DNA of 64,000 nucleotides from an uncultured Nitrososphaeria archaeon (GTDB lineage: Archaea; Thermoproteota; Nitrososphaeria; Geothermarchaeales; JDFR-13). The notes beneath the pieces were generated by a model. The model did not search any database, was not told the DNA's origin, and saw only the letters and a program-made list of their open reading frames with translations. Positions 31,301 through 40,557 of the stretch are shown here, piece by piece. A program made the position numbers and the translations under genes. Positions within the stretch are counted from its first letter, which is position 1; each line of letters begins with the position of its first letter. The stretch covers positions 18,698 through 82,697 of the forward strand of contig CAYTHX010000001.1 in the NCBI GenBank assembly GCA_964437705.1, written 5' to 3'.

Positions 31301-32248
31301 ATGAAGTTATTTAGGGTTTTCAATTTTTCTATTGATTATTCTAGTGATTTTAGTTTTAGTTTAACTGCTTCTATTTATAATTTTTCTTGGTTTTATAATG
31401 GTGAGTTTTTGTTTCTTGTTGTTGATCCTTATGTTCCTATCATAACTATTGTTAAGGAAGAGGGAAATTCTCTTTTTGTTGATGTTTTTTCTTCTACTGA
31501 GAGTGTTGATAAAGATGATATTATTGAGGGGATTAGGTTTATTCTTGGTGTTGATGAGAATTTGGGTGATTTCTATCGTATCTGGATGAGTGATAAATTA
31601 CTTTCTAAGTCTTATAGTTATTTACGTGGTTTTAGGGTTAGATGTTTAGGTTTATGGAGTAGTTTACTAGTTAGTGTTTGTCAGCAGAATGCTAGTTTTA
31701 GGCAGGGTTGGACTATGCTTGGCAACTTATATAAACTCTTTGGTAAGAGAGTTCAGGTTGGAGATTATGGTTATACTATTCTTCCTCCACTTCCACATGA
31801 TATTATTAATTTAGATTTAAGTGATTTAAGAAGGGCTAAGGTTGGTTATAGAGCTGAGGTTATTAGAAATATTGCTGAAGCTTTTGTTTCTGAGGAACTT
31901 GTGGATGGATTTGATAATATTTATAGTGAGGATTATTTAAGGAGGGTTAGAGGAGTTGGTAGTTATTCTGCTAGATTAGCGTTAATGCTGACTTATAGGC
32001 AGTATAATTTACCTCCTATTGATAGGTGGATGAAGAGGATAGTTAGCTATGTACATGATGTACCGGAGAAGAATGCTGAGGAGACCTTGTGTAGGATATG
32101 GGGTGAATATAGTGGATTAGCGTGTTTAATTACTACAATTGCTTTAGATGCAGAAATTCTCTCTAAAGCTTTAAAGAGAATTGATGAAGGTAAAGTCTAT
32201 CCATGTAAGCAGGATATTTCACCTATAAATTTATGGCGCTATATCTAG
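31301..32248 (+). CDS. HhH-GPD DNA glycosylase (AlkA/Ogg1-like)
   Basis: VCQQNAS, VGYRA, L..VRGVG.YSA HhH motif, PPIDRW catalytic Asp. Confidence 0.85.
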   Translation: MKLFRVFNFSIDYSSDFSFSLTASIYNFSWFYNGEFLFLVVDPYVPIITIVKEEGNSLFVDVFSSTESVDKDDIIEGIRFILGVDENLGDFYRIWMSDKLLSKSYSYLRGFRVRCLGLWSSLLVSVCQQNASFRQGWTMLGNLYKLFGKRVQVGDYGYTILPPLPHDIINLDLSDLRRAKVGYRAEVIRNIAEAFVSEELVDGFDNIYSEDYLRRVRGVGSYSARLALMLTYRQYNLPPIDRWMKRIVSYVHDVPEKNAEETLCRIWGEYSGLACLITTIALDAEILSKALKRIDEGKVYPCKQDISPINLWRYI

Positions 32249-32296
32249 CTTAACTTATAATAGAATTTTTTATAGACTAGATGTCAAGGAAAAAGT

Positions 32297-32911
32297 TTAC
32301 AGTATTCCCTCTTCTTTAAGTATCTTAATTCTCTTCTGGATTTCATGTATCCTTTCTCTTACTGTCATTACTGGTAGTTTTACACCTAGTACCTCCCAGA
32401 GATGTGATGGTTTATCTAAATCATTATCTACCAGCTTCTTTAAACAATTTATTGCTATTGATGGATCTCCTAGAATCAGTACTCCCCAGATATCTGCCTG
32501 TAACTCTTGCTCCTTTGTTAACTCTACTTCCGAAGGTTTTAGGCCTACCCCATATTTAAATAGGTTAATAATATCTGCGATCACTACTGATGATAAAATT
32601 AAGGGATTTTTTAATCCTAATGCTAATAGGAAATCTCTAATTGACTTACCCATTATTTTTATTGGTATATGATTCATATAGATATGAACAGCTTCATGAA
32701 TTAATACAAACTTTATCTCCTCTTCACTAAGCTTATTAATCAATCCTTTACTAACAGAGATCTTCCCAAAAACTATATTTGAAATATTAAATCCTGAAGC
32801 ATACGCGTATACTCTATCGTCAGGAACAACCTCTAAATCTACAAAACTATCTTTTGCACCTAGAATCTTAAATACTTTATCTAAATACTTCTGAAGTGAA
32901 TTAACCAACAT
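32297..32911 (-). CDS. M48-family zinc metallopeptidase
   Basis: YAYA, L.EEE..FVL.HEAVH (HExxH), QELQAD. Confidence 0.85.
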   Translation of the reverse strand: MLVNSLQKYLDKVFKILGAKDSFVDLEVVPDDRVYAYASGFNISNIVFGKISVSKGLINKLSEEEIKFVLIHEAVHIYMNHIPIKIMGKSIRDFLLALGLKNPLILSSVVIADIINLFKYGVGLKPSEVELTKEQELQADIWGVLILGDPSIAINCLKKLVDNDLDKPSHLWEVLGVKLPVMTVRERIHEIQKRIKILKEEGIL

Positions 32912-32981
32912 TACAACTAGATTTATCCCTCATCAACTTAAAAATAATACTACTTATCTTGTTATTGGTTTAAAAATATTT

Positions 32982-34247
32982 ATGGTTATACTTCTATTAA
33001 ATATACTTGTGAGAAATATAGTTAAAAGATATGCTGACCTTGATAGATGGGGGAGAGTTGGAGATAGAGTTCTTATTTATGGTAGGAGGAAAGTTGGAAA
33101 AAGTTTTTTTATAAGGAATTTTACAGAATGGGATAACTACTTTTTTATTAAGAGGGATGGTGGAGTAATTGATGTTAAAAATATGAGGGAGATTTCATAT
33201 GATATGCTAAAAGATATAGTGTTGAGGGAGAAAGATTCGATTACCGTTATTGATGAATTTCATAGGCTTGGTGATGACTTCCTAGATTTTCTACACGCAT
33301 TTTCAAGTGAAATAGGAAAAATTAGGCTTATAACTTCTACACTATGGCTTTCAAGAAAATTACTTTCTGAAGATTCTCCATTATTGGGGATATTTGAGGA
33401 GTTTAGAATGGGGTTGATAGATGAAAGGGATATTATGAGGTATACGTTTAAGCGTTTTAGTGGGATTGATATAGTTAATGCAGCAGTATATCTAAGGGAA
33501 CCATGGCTAATACCACTATTTAAATCAGGTGAGGATACGGTAAGGAATATTGCTAGAATATTAATTGAGGAGAAGAATACTATAGAGAGGTTGATTGGAG
33601 AGGTATTTAGGGAGGAGGAGAGGGAATTAAGGAAAACGTATTTTGCGATACTTTCTGCGGTGGGAATGGGGAAGAAGAAATCTACGGAGATTTCATCAGT
33701 ACTATTCTCTAAAAAGATAATTCCTAAGGATGATCCTAGTATAATTCAGTCATATCTAAAGGTATTGATTAGCGTTGGAATTCTAAAGAAAGTAAAAATT
33801 TTAAATAAGAAGTATGATTTTTTGATACACTCCTCTCCACTTCTTGATCTATACTTCTATCTAGATGGAAAATACGGCTTTTCAGAACTTGATATTCCAA
33901 GGAAAGAAGTTGAGAAGATTCTTGAGGAGAAGTTACCATCCCATGTAGAAGACTTTTTTAGAGATTTATTTTCAAAAATATATGGATTGAAGACGGGTAA
34001 AATTGTTGAGAAGGAATATGATATTGATATAGCTCTACATACATTTAAGAAAATTAAGGTTGTTGGGGAGGTAAAGTGGAAAAAGAGGATAAAGAGAAGT
34101 GAGACGAGGAAAATAAATGAGGTATTATCTAGGTATAGTTGTGAAAAGTTTTTAGTCGTTCCAGATAAGAGGGGGATTGAGGGGGAGTTAGATAGGGAAA
34201 TAGAGGTTTATGATATAAAGAGGTTAAAAGATCTATCGAAAGAGTAA
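32982..34247 (+). CDS. archaeal ATPase with C-terminal DUF234/PD-(D/E)xK-like domain
   Basis: YGRRKVGKS Walker A, IDEFH Walker B, DIDI...GEVKW. Confidence 0.85.
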   Translation: MVILLLNILVRNIVKRYADLDRWGRVGDRVLIYGRRKVGKSFFIRNFTEWDNYFFIKRDGGVIDVKNMREISYDMLKDIVLREKDSITVIDEFHRLGDDFLDFLHAFSSEIGKIRLITSTLWLSRKLLSEDSPLLGIFEEFRMGLIDERDIMRYTFKRFSGIDIVNAAVYLREPWLIPLFKSGEDTVRNIARILIEEKNTIERLIGEVFREEERELRKTYFAILSAVGMGKKKSTEISSVLFSKKIIPKDDPSIIQSYLKVLISVGILKKVKILNKKYDFLIHSSPLLDLYFYLDGKYGFSELDIPRKEVEKILEEKLPSHVEDFFRDLFSKIYGLKTGKIVEKEYDIDIALHTFKKIKVVGEVKWKKRIKRSETRKINEVLSRYSCEKFLVVPDKRGIEGELDREIEVYDIKRLKDLSKE

Positions 34248-34320
34248 TGATCAGTAAATCTAATGGAGGTCTATAGTATTCTAAGATGCTTAAAAATGTA
34301 GATTTAGATTATGCAGAGGA

Positions 34321-35094
34321 TTATTTTTGGCATTTTTCACATACAAAGGTTTTACGCTTAACCTCCTTCTGAATATAGAATTTAATTAGGTTGCCACAAA
34401 TTTTACATGGCTTATTATACCTATTATATACATATAAGATTGGTTTTAACCTTTCCCTCCTCAACTTAATCTCTAAGAAGATTTTGCATAGATCCTCAGA
34501 GATTTTAACGATCTTCTCAACTTCATCTCTAGATAGTTGATTAACTATTCGCTCTGGATGAATACCAGCTCTAAATAAAATTTCATTTCTAAGAATATTC
34601 CCTATACCAGCAATTATAGATTGATCAAGCAGTACTTCTCCAATCTTCCTATTTCCAGCACTAAGTATTCTATTGATAGCATCCTCCCTACTCCAATCCT
34701 CCCTTAATGGATCAGGTCCAAATTTACTCTTTAATCTCTTGAGCAATCTATCAGATAAGTCCACCTCAATTATGGGAGCATTATATACAACCAGCTTCTT
34801 TTTCTCTCCGATCATCTTCATCCGTACTTGCTTTTCTGGTTTGAGAAGTGGGTCATTTATACCGTATATATGTATAGCTCCGAACATCATTAAGTGAACT
34901 CTTACCACATATCCATCAATAAACATTAGAATGTTCTTGCCTATTGTATCAGTACTTTTAATGTTCTTTCCGACTAGCTCTTTAATTGGTACATAAACCT
35001 TACGACTTCTAACAAAAACGTCATTTATAACTTCATTATGCATTTCATTATATATTCTTATGGCATATGCTTTGGCGGTTGGACCTTCAACCAT
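34321..35094 (-). CDS. Fpg/Nei-family DNA glycosylase (endonuclease VIII-like)
   Basis: MVEGP N-terminus, GKN, HLMMFG, LLDQ..IAGIGNILRNEILF H2TH motif, C-terminal zinc finger CKIC...CEKCQ. Confidence 0.92.
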   Translation of the reverse strand: MVEGPTAKAYAIRIYNEMHNEVINDVFVRSRKVYVPIKELVGKNIKSTDTIGKNILMFIDGYVVRVHLMMFGAIHIYGINDPLLKPEKQVRMKMIGEKKKLVVYNAPIIEVDLSDRLLKRLKSKFGPDPLREDWSREDAINRILSAGNRKIGEVLLDQSIIAGIGNILRNEILFRAGIHPERIVNQLSRDEVEKIVKISEDLCKIFLEIKLRRERLKPILYVYNRYNKPCKICGNLIKFYIQKEVKRKTFVCEKCQK

Positions 35095-35198
35095 ATCAAT
35101 AACAAATATGACTAGAAATATTTACATTCATATAATCTATTGATGTATGTAATTATCAGTAGTTCTATACTTATAAGGTTTTTAGGGGTGAGGAAAAA

Positions 35199-35849
35199 TT
35201 GATTATCGTATTATTTGGCCCGCCAGGAGCTGGTAAAGGTACCCAGGCAGTTAGAATTTCTGAGATGCTTTCAATACCACATATAGCTACAGGAGATATT
35301 TTCCGTGAGGCGGTTAAGAAGAGGACCGAGCTTGGTAAAAAAGCTGAGGAGTATATGAAGAAGGGAGAATTGGTTCCAGATGAAATTGTAAATGGAATTG
35401 TTAGGGAGAGAATTTCACAGCCGGATTGTTCGAATGGATTTATTTTAGATGGATACCCAAGGACTTTAAATCAAGCTGAAGCATTAGATAAAATGCTTGC
35501 TGAAATGAATCGTAAGGTAGACCTCGTTTTGAATATTGAGGTTTCAGAGGAGAATATTATAAAGAGGCTCTCTAATAGAAGAGTATGTAAGAAATGTGGA
35601 GCAGTATACCATTTGATAACAAACCCGCCGAAAAAAGATGGTATTTGTGATAAATGTGGTGGTGAGTTGTATCAGAGGGAGGATGATAAGGAGGAAGTAA
35701 TTAGGAACAGATTAAAAGTTTATCATAAGCAGACAGAACCTATCATAAAATATTATGAAGAGAAGGGTGTTCTTGTGAATATTGATGGTAATAAGAGTAT
35801 AGAGGAGGTTTGGAATCAGATTAAGGAGGTAATAACCAGTAGACAGTAG
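35199..35849 (+). CDS. adk: adenylate kinase, bacterial type with Zn-binding LID
   Basis: GPPGAGKGTQ, GELVPD, GFILDGYPR, CKKC...CDKC, QREDD. Confidence 0.95.
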   Translation: MIIVLFGPPGAGKGTQAVRISEMLSIPHIATGDIFREAVKKRTELGKKAEEYMKKGELVPDEIVNGIVRERISQPDCSNGFILDGYPRTLNQAEALDKMLAEMNRKVDLVLNIEVSEENIIKRLSNRRVCKKCGAVYHLITNPPKKDGICDKCGGELYQREDDKEEVIRNRLKVYHKQTEPIIKYYEEKGVLVNIDGNKSIEEVWNQIKEVITSRQ

Positions 35850-35934
35850 TGTATTGGGAGTTGGAGAGTTTATATTTGAAATTAACATAGCCGTATCCTT
35901 AATGTAATACCTCAGTAGTATAATTACTTATGGT

Positions 35935-36378
35935 ATGAATCTTGATATTAGAATACATAAGCTTGCTGATAAACGTCTCGTAGAAAAAACCTGTAAAAGG
36001 TAATTTCAGATGAATATGCTGAGGTTATACTAGATACTACTAAAGAGATGATTATTGATGAGAAAGGTCTTATTCATGGAGAATTTACATTTGGATTAAC
36101 AGATTTAGCAGCGATGCTAGCAGTAAAATCATCCATACGTAGAATTAGCATCTGCATCTGTAAAATTTATAGCACCGGTCAAGCTTGGAGATAAACTAGT
36201 AGCAAAAGCTACAGTTAAAAATAAAGAGAAAAAACGAATTGTCAATGTAAAAATATATAATGATAGTGGTGAATGTGTACTAGAAGGAGAGATGGTATGC
36301 ATGATACTAGATAAGCATGTCCTAGAAAAACACAGCCCTCCACAAACACCTAAAACACCCCCAAATAAGACTATCTAA
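35935..36378 (+). pseudogene. PaaI/hotdog-fold thioesterase, frameshifted
   Basis: Reconstructed MNLDIRIHKLAD...EM..DEKGLIHG.FTFGL.D.AAMLAVNHP.V.L....VKF.APVK.GD requires three +1 shifts in A-runs. Confidence 0.8.
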
Positions 36379-36454
36379 AAACCAACTAGAAACTTCCAGC
36401 TTTCCCATCAAAATTCGAAACTATCCTAACTCTAAAGCAAAAAATTCTCTAAAT

Positions 36455-36732
36455 TCTCCAATTCTCTTTTTGAGATTCTAGACAATCGTTATTTTATAGT
36501 CGCCCTTCGGCACTCCCCTTTCAATTCTCTTTTTGAGATTCAGAGCTCGGCATGGTTAGCTATTAGGACAGCTGATGATACCTTTCAATTCTCTTTTTGA
36601 GATTCGAGTAGATCAGAGTTTCATATGTACGAAGGAGAGAAATTTCTTTCAATTCTCTTTTTGAGATTCCTGTCGCCTCTCCGGCATCATTAAAACCGGT
36701 AGGAATTACTTTCAATTCTCTTTTTGAGATTC
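36455..36732 (-). CRISPR. CRISPR array: 5 repeats (24 nt, GAATCTCAAAAAGAGAATTGAAAG on the minus strand) and 4 spacers of 39-40 nt
   Basis: Repeats start at 36455 (degenerate), 36518, 36582, 36646 and 36709; unique spacers; the ATTGAAAG 3' end gives the orientation. Confidence 0.97.
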
Positions 36733-36880
36733 CGACGCTATAATTGCTTATTTCAATAAGAGTACTGATTTTAATGGCTTATTAATTTTTCGGTAGTGAG
36801 GCAAAAGCTAATCTGCAGGGGGTTTATAAAGGTTGTCTCGTTTTTTGGGATTTTGGTAGTTAAATATAAGGTTTTTAGTT
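36733..36880 (-). promoter_or_regulatory. putative CRISPR leader with BRE/TATA-like element
   Basis: AT-rich non-coding DNA next to the intact terminal repeat; minus-strand GAAAAATTAATAAG about 45-60 nt upstream of the first repeat. Confidence 0.6.
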
Positions 36881-36881
36881 T

Positions 36882-37472
36882 TTGTATTATTTTTGGTATA
36901 TGAGCGTAAGAAGTGTTTTTTCTGGTTTATATTTTTACATATTGTTTTCAGTATTTTTGTTTGTTCTTTCCCTGTATGCTGGATTTGTATCCTACATGTT
37001 TTTTCCTACGATTTGGATGGGTATTGGGCCGTTTAAGAGTTTAGTAGAGCTATTTGAGAAGCTGAGCTTACTTGAGCGTATAATGCTTATTTTTCTTAAT
37101 AATTCGTTTAAGGCTATTCTTAATATTTTGTTAGGTCCGATCTTAGGGATTTATCCACTAGTATTCATATTGTTAAATGGTTTTATTCTTGGCTATACAT
37201 TTGCATTAGCAGTTTCAAAAACAAGTTTATTAACTGCTTTACTCGCTGTAATACCACATGGAATATTTGAACTGCCAGCTATGATTATATGTAATGCTCT
37301 TGGCTTTAGATTAGCGTGTAAAGCCGTTAAGTCTATTATAAAGAAAGATGGTTTGAGAGAAGAGTTTAAGAAGAGTGTTAAGGTGTTTATATATCTTATT
37401 ATGCCGATGCTGTTTATAGCTGCAATTATAGAAGTTTGTATAACTCCTATACTCGTAGGAGTATCAATATAG
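36882..37472 (+). CDS. SpoIIM-family membrane protein
   Basis: IFLNN, NGFILG, PHGIFELPA, AAIIE; the real start may be ATG at 36900. Confidence 0.9.
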   Translation: MYYFWYMSVRSVFSGLYFYILFSVFLFVLSLYAGFVSYMFFPTIWMGIGPFKSLVELFEKLSLLERIMLIFLNNSFKAILNILLGPILGIYPLVFILLNGFILGYTFALAVSKTSLLTALLAVIPHGIFELPAMIICNALGFRLACKAVKSIIKKDGLREEFKKSVKVFIYLIMPMLFIAAIIEVCITPILVGVSI

Positions 37473-37503
37473 AACTAGCGATCATGGTAGAAAATGAGAA
37501 AAC

Positions 37504-38064
37504 CTATACCTCAAATAAGAAGTTTTTAGTGATTATTTTATTTTGGTGTTCTTCATATAGTGTTACTTTAATGGTATCTTCATATAGTACTGCAGTCATA
37601 TATGAGGGAATCATTGATGCACAGCCCCCACTCCATACTCCAGTTGCAGAACCAGGATTTAACTGTATCACTCTTTTTCCTCCTATTGTATATATTGTTG
37701 CGAATGGGTTATGTGTATGTCCACTAACCAGTATATCTACTCCAAGTTTTAGAGCAATTCTAGTTAATCCCTCTAAATCACCTCTAGGATATACTTGATG
37801 TCCATGTATAACTCCAAACTTAACATTACCTATCTTAACAACTTGATATTCAGGTAAATTTAGGAAATCCATGTTTCCTCTAACTACATATATATTTTTA
37901 GACAGTGGCTTTAGCGTCGACAATACTTTCTCTTCTACAAGATCTCCAGTAAATAGTATGTAGTCATATGGAGATTCCGATTTGATACATTTATCTAGAG
38001 TTTTAGGAATATTCTTTGCTCTTCTTGGAATATGTGTATCACCAATTAATAGTATCTTGATCAT
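37504..38064 (-). CDS. YfcE/Vps29-like metallophosphoesterase
   Basis: GDTH, GDL, RGNMD, HGH, GHTH, NPGSATG. Confidence 0.92.
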   Translation of the reverse strand: MIKILLIGDTHIPRRAKNIPKTLDKCIKSESPYDYILFTGDLVEEKVLSTLKPLSKNIYVVRGNMDFLNLPEYQVVKIGNVKFGVIHGHQVYPRGDLEGLTRIALKLGVDILVSGHTHNPFATIYTIGGKRVIQLNPGSATGVWSGGCASMIPSYMTAVLYEDTIKVTLYEEHQNKIITKNFLFEV

Positions 38065-38099
38065 CTATATCACCTAGCTAAAACCTTTAGAATACTTCG

Positions 38100-38975
38100 C
38101 TATATTTCTTTTAACGCTTTATTAGCTATCAATATACATATTGATGTTAATAATAATGAGAATATTAGGATAGCCTCAAAATCAAGTAATATCTGTGATA
38201 AATTTGCATTTGATCCATATAGAAAAGCTTGCCTCAATATATCTGCAGTAAAACTTAGCGGATTTACTGACGCTATTCCCTTAAGCCAGTTAGGCATAAG
38301 CTTCTTTGGATACAAAACATTGCTAGAAAACATTAATGGCATATTTATCAGATTCATTACTCCTGCATGAACCTCCCAACTTTTAATCCTTGCAGCTATA
38401 GCTATAAAGAATGAAGATAGACCTACAGCTAAGAGTATTAGTGTTAGTATCGCTAGTGGAATCACTACTGGATTATTACATATGTTTAGTTTAAGACCAA
38501 ATGCTAAAGCTATAAGGGATATTAAGAATGCTTGCACTAATGCTCTAATTACACTAGCAAAAACTCTAGATAATAGTATTGAACTTCTACTTATAGGTGC
38601 AACTAAAAGCTTATTTAAAAATCCAAATCTTCTATCCCAAACAATAGACATTCCACTAAACATTGAAGTGAATAATATAATTACAGTGATCATTCCCATA
38701 GCCATATACGAAAAATAATCTATATTTGCTACCCCAAAGTATTCCTTAATGATGCTATTGAATAATATAGATAGCTTAGAAGTTAGAGCTGGTGGTAATT
38801 CCTCTAATATCTCCTCTGGAATATTAAACATTCCAGTTATGTTCATTGCTTTACCAAAGAGACCAAGCCACAGTACTGGCTGAATTATTGTAGCAATTAA
38901 GAGAACTTTTGATCTATACCATCTTTTAAGCTCTCTACACATTAAGACGTAAGTTTCATTTAGAGTATGAATCAT
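38100..38975 (-). CDS. ABC-2 type exporter permease
   Basis: WDRRFGFL..LLVAP, MP.WL..I..VNPL. Confidence 0.9.
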   Translation of the reverse strand: MIHTLNETYVLMCRELKRWYRSKVLLIATIIQPVLWLGLFGKAMNITGMFNIPEEILEELPPALTSKLSILFNSIIKEYFGVANIDYFSYMAMGMITVIILFTSMFSGMSIVWDRRFGFLNKLLVAPISRSSILLSRVFASVIRALVQAFLISLIALAFGLKLNICNNPVVIPLAILTLILLAVGLSSFFIAIAARIKSWEVHAGVMNLINMPLMFSSNVLYPKKLMPNWLKGIASVNPLSFTADILRQAFLYGSNANLSQILLDFEAILIFSLLLTSICILIANKALKEI

Positions 38976-39979
38976 AGTTTCCTTGCCCTCTTTAGGATAA
39001 TTCTAAATTTACGTGCATCTATTCTACTACCATACTCCTCTCTTAATCTCCTACCAGTAAGCTCGAGGAAAACTTCATCTAAAGTTGGTTTCCTAAGCAT
39101 AACACTAGAAACATAAATATTATTTTGAATTAGTTTTTCAAGTATTCTAGGTAAGATATGCTCTCCACCTAAAGCTTTAATCCTTAATTTATTATTGATA
39201 AGCTTATATCCTGTAATGCCCTCAATACTACTAATCAACCTACTAATATTACTATTATTAATATATTCACCTAGCTCTACTTCTATTATATCTCCACCTA
39301 AACCATTTTTTAAGTTTTCGGGTGTGTCTAAGGCTTTAATTTTTCCATAATCAATAATTGCTATTCGATCGCATAATGAATCTGCTTCTTCCATGTAGTG
39401 CGTAGTTAAGAATATCGTCATACCAAACTCTTTATTAAGCATTTTTATGTATCTCCATATTGCAGCTCTAGTTTGTACATCTAAACCAAGTGTAGGCTCA
39501 TCAAGAAATAATATTTTTGGTCTATGAATAAGACCACAGGCAATTTCAAGCCTTTTTCTCATCCCTCCAGAATAAGTTTCAACTTTTCTATCCAGATCTT
39601 TAGAGAGATTAACAAGCTCAGCTACCTCTACAATCCTCTTTTTAGCTTCATTTTTAGGTATATGATAAAGCACAGCTTGTAACATAAGATTTTCCCAACC
39701 AGTCAAGTCGTCGTCAACAGTAATATCCTGAGGAACTAAACCAATTATACTCCTAACCTTGCTACTTTCTTTAATAATGTGATATCCACCAACATATGCC
39801 TCTCCAAAGGAGGGTTTAATTAGAGTTGTAAGCATATTTATAGTTGTAGTTTTTCCAGCACCATTAGGCCCTAGAAAACCAAATATCTCTCCCTCTTCAA
39901 CCTCAAAAGATATATGATCAACAGCAACTAATCCATTAAAAACCTTAGTTAACTCTCTAGCAATAATTATATTATCCAC
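38972..39979 (-). CDS. ABC exporter ATPase (DrrA-like)
   Basis: GPNGAGKTT, YSGGMRKR, LDEPTLGLD, TTHYMEEA. Confidence 0.93.
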   Translation of the reverse strand: MDNIIIARELTKVFNGLVAVDHISFEVEEGEIFGFLGPNGAGKTTTINMLTTLIKPSFGEAYVGGYHIIKESSKVRSIIGLVPQDITVDDDLTGWENLMLQAVLYHIPKNEAKKRIVEVAELVNLSKDLDRKVETYSGGMRKRLEIACGLIHRPKILFLDEPTLGLDVQTRAAIWRYIKMLNKEFGMTIFLTTHYMEEADSLCDRIAIIDYGKIKALDTPENLKNGLGGDIIEVELGEYINNSNISRLISSIEGITGYKLINNKLRIKALGGEHILPRILEKLIQNNIYVSSVMLRKPTLDEVFLELTGRRLREEYGSRIDARKFRIILKRARKL

Positions 39980-40470
39980 TACTCTTCGCCCTCAGCTATA
40001 GTTTGGATCTTTCTACGGACATCCCTCAATAGACTACAAATCTTATTAATCTTTTCAGAATCTAGCTCAGGATAGTAAATTCTGAGAGTTCTCATAATTC
40101 CCGTTAAAGCTTTAATTAACTCGATAACACCACTATCAAGAAAACTATTTATTTCAGAAAGCATTTCTGCAATCTTCTTTTCTCTCTTACTAAGCTCTTT
40201 TAAACCATGCTGAGTAATTTGATAAATTCGTCTATTCTCAGCATCAATGTTAGAGGTAATTAAGCCATTTTTCTCCATACTTTTTAAAGTTGGATATAGA
40301 AGCCCTGGACTAGGCTCATAAATTCCTTTAAATAAGCTGTTGATAGCTTTAGAAATTTCATATCCATGTTTAGGACCATCACGTAAAACATATAAAACTA
40401 AATACTTAAAGTATCCTTTTCCAAACCACTTATATCCATGGATACATTTTGGAAATTCTATGTGATACAT
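39979..40470 (-). CDS. PadR-family transcriptional regulator
   Basis: P.HGYEI, PSPG.LYP.L, RR.Y.IT..G; heads the exporter operon. Confidence 0.92.
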   Translation of the reverse strand: MYHIEFPKCIHGYKWFGKGYFKYLVLYVLRDGPKHGYEISKAINSLFKGIYEPSPGLLYPTLKSMEKNGLITSNIDAENRRIYQITQHGLKELSKREKKIAEMLSEINSFLDSGVIELIKALTGIMRTLRIYYPELDSEKINKICSLLRDVRRKIQTIAEGEE

Positions 40471-40557
40471 CTCGATATATCTAAATACAACTACAAGAAT
40501 ATAAAAAGAGAGATAATACTGTATTTATTCAGCTATTAAGAGATAGGTTAAAATAGG

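Noticed and set aside
29864-34247. HEPN and ATPase genes as cas genes for the nearby array
   Set aside because: They match stand-alone HEPN-MNT and DUF234-type ATPase patterns; no Cas1, RAMP, Cas3 or Cas10 motifs were seen.
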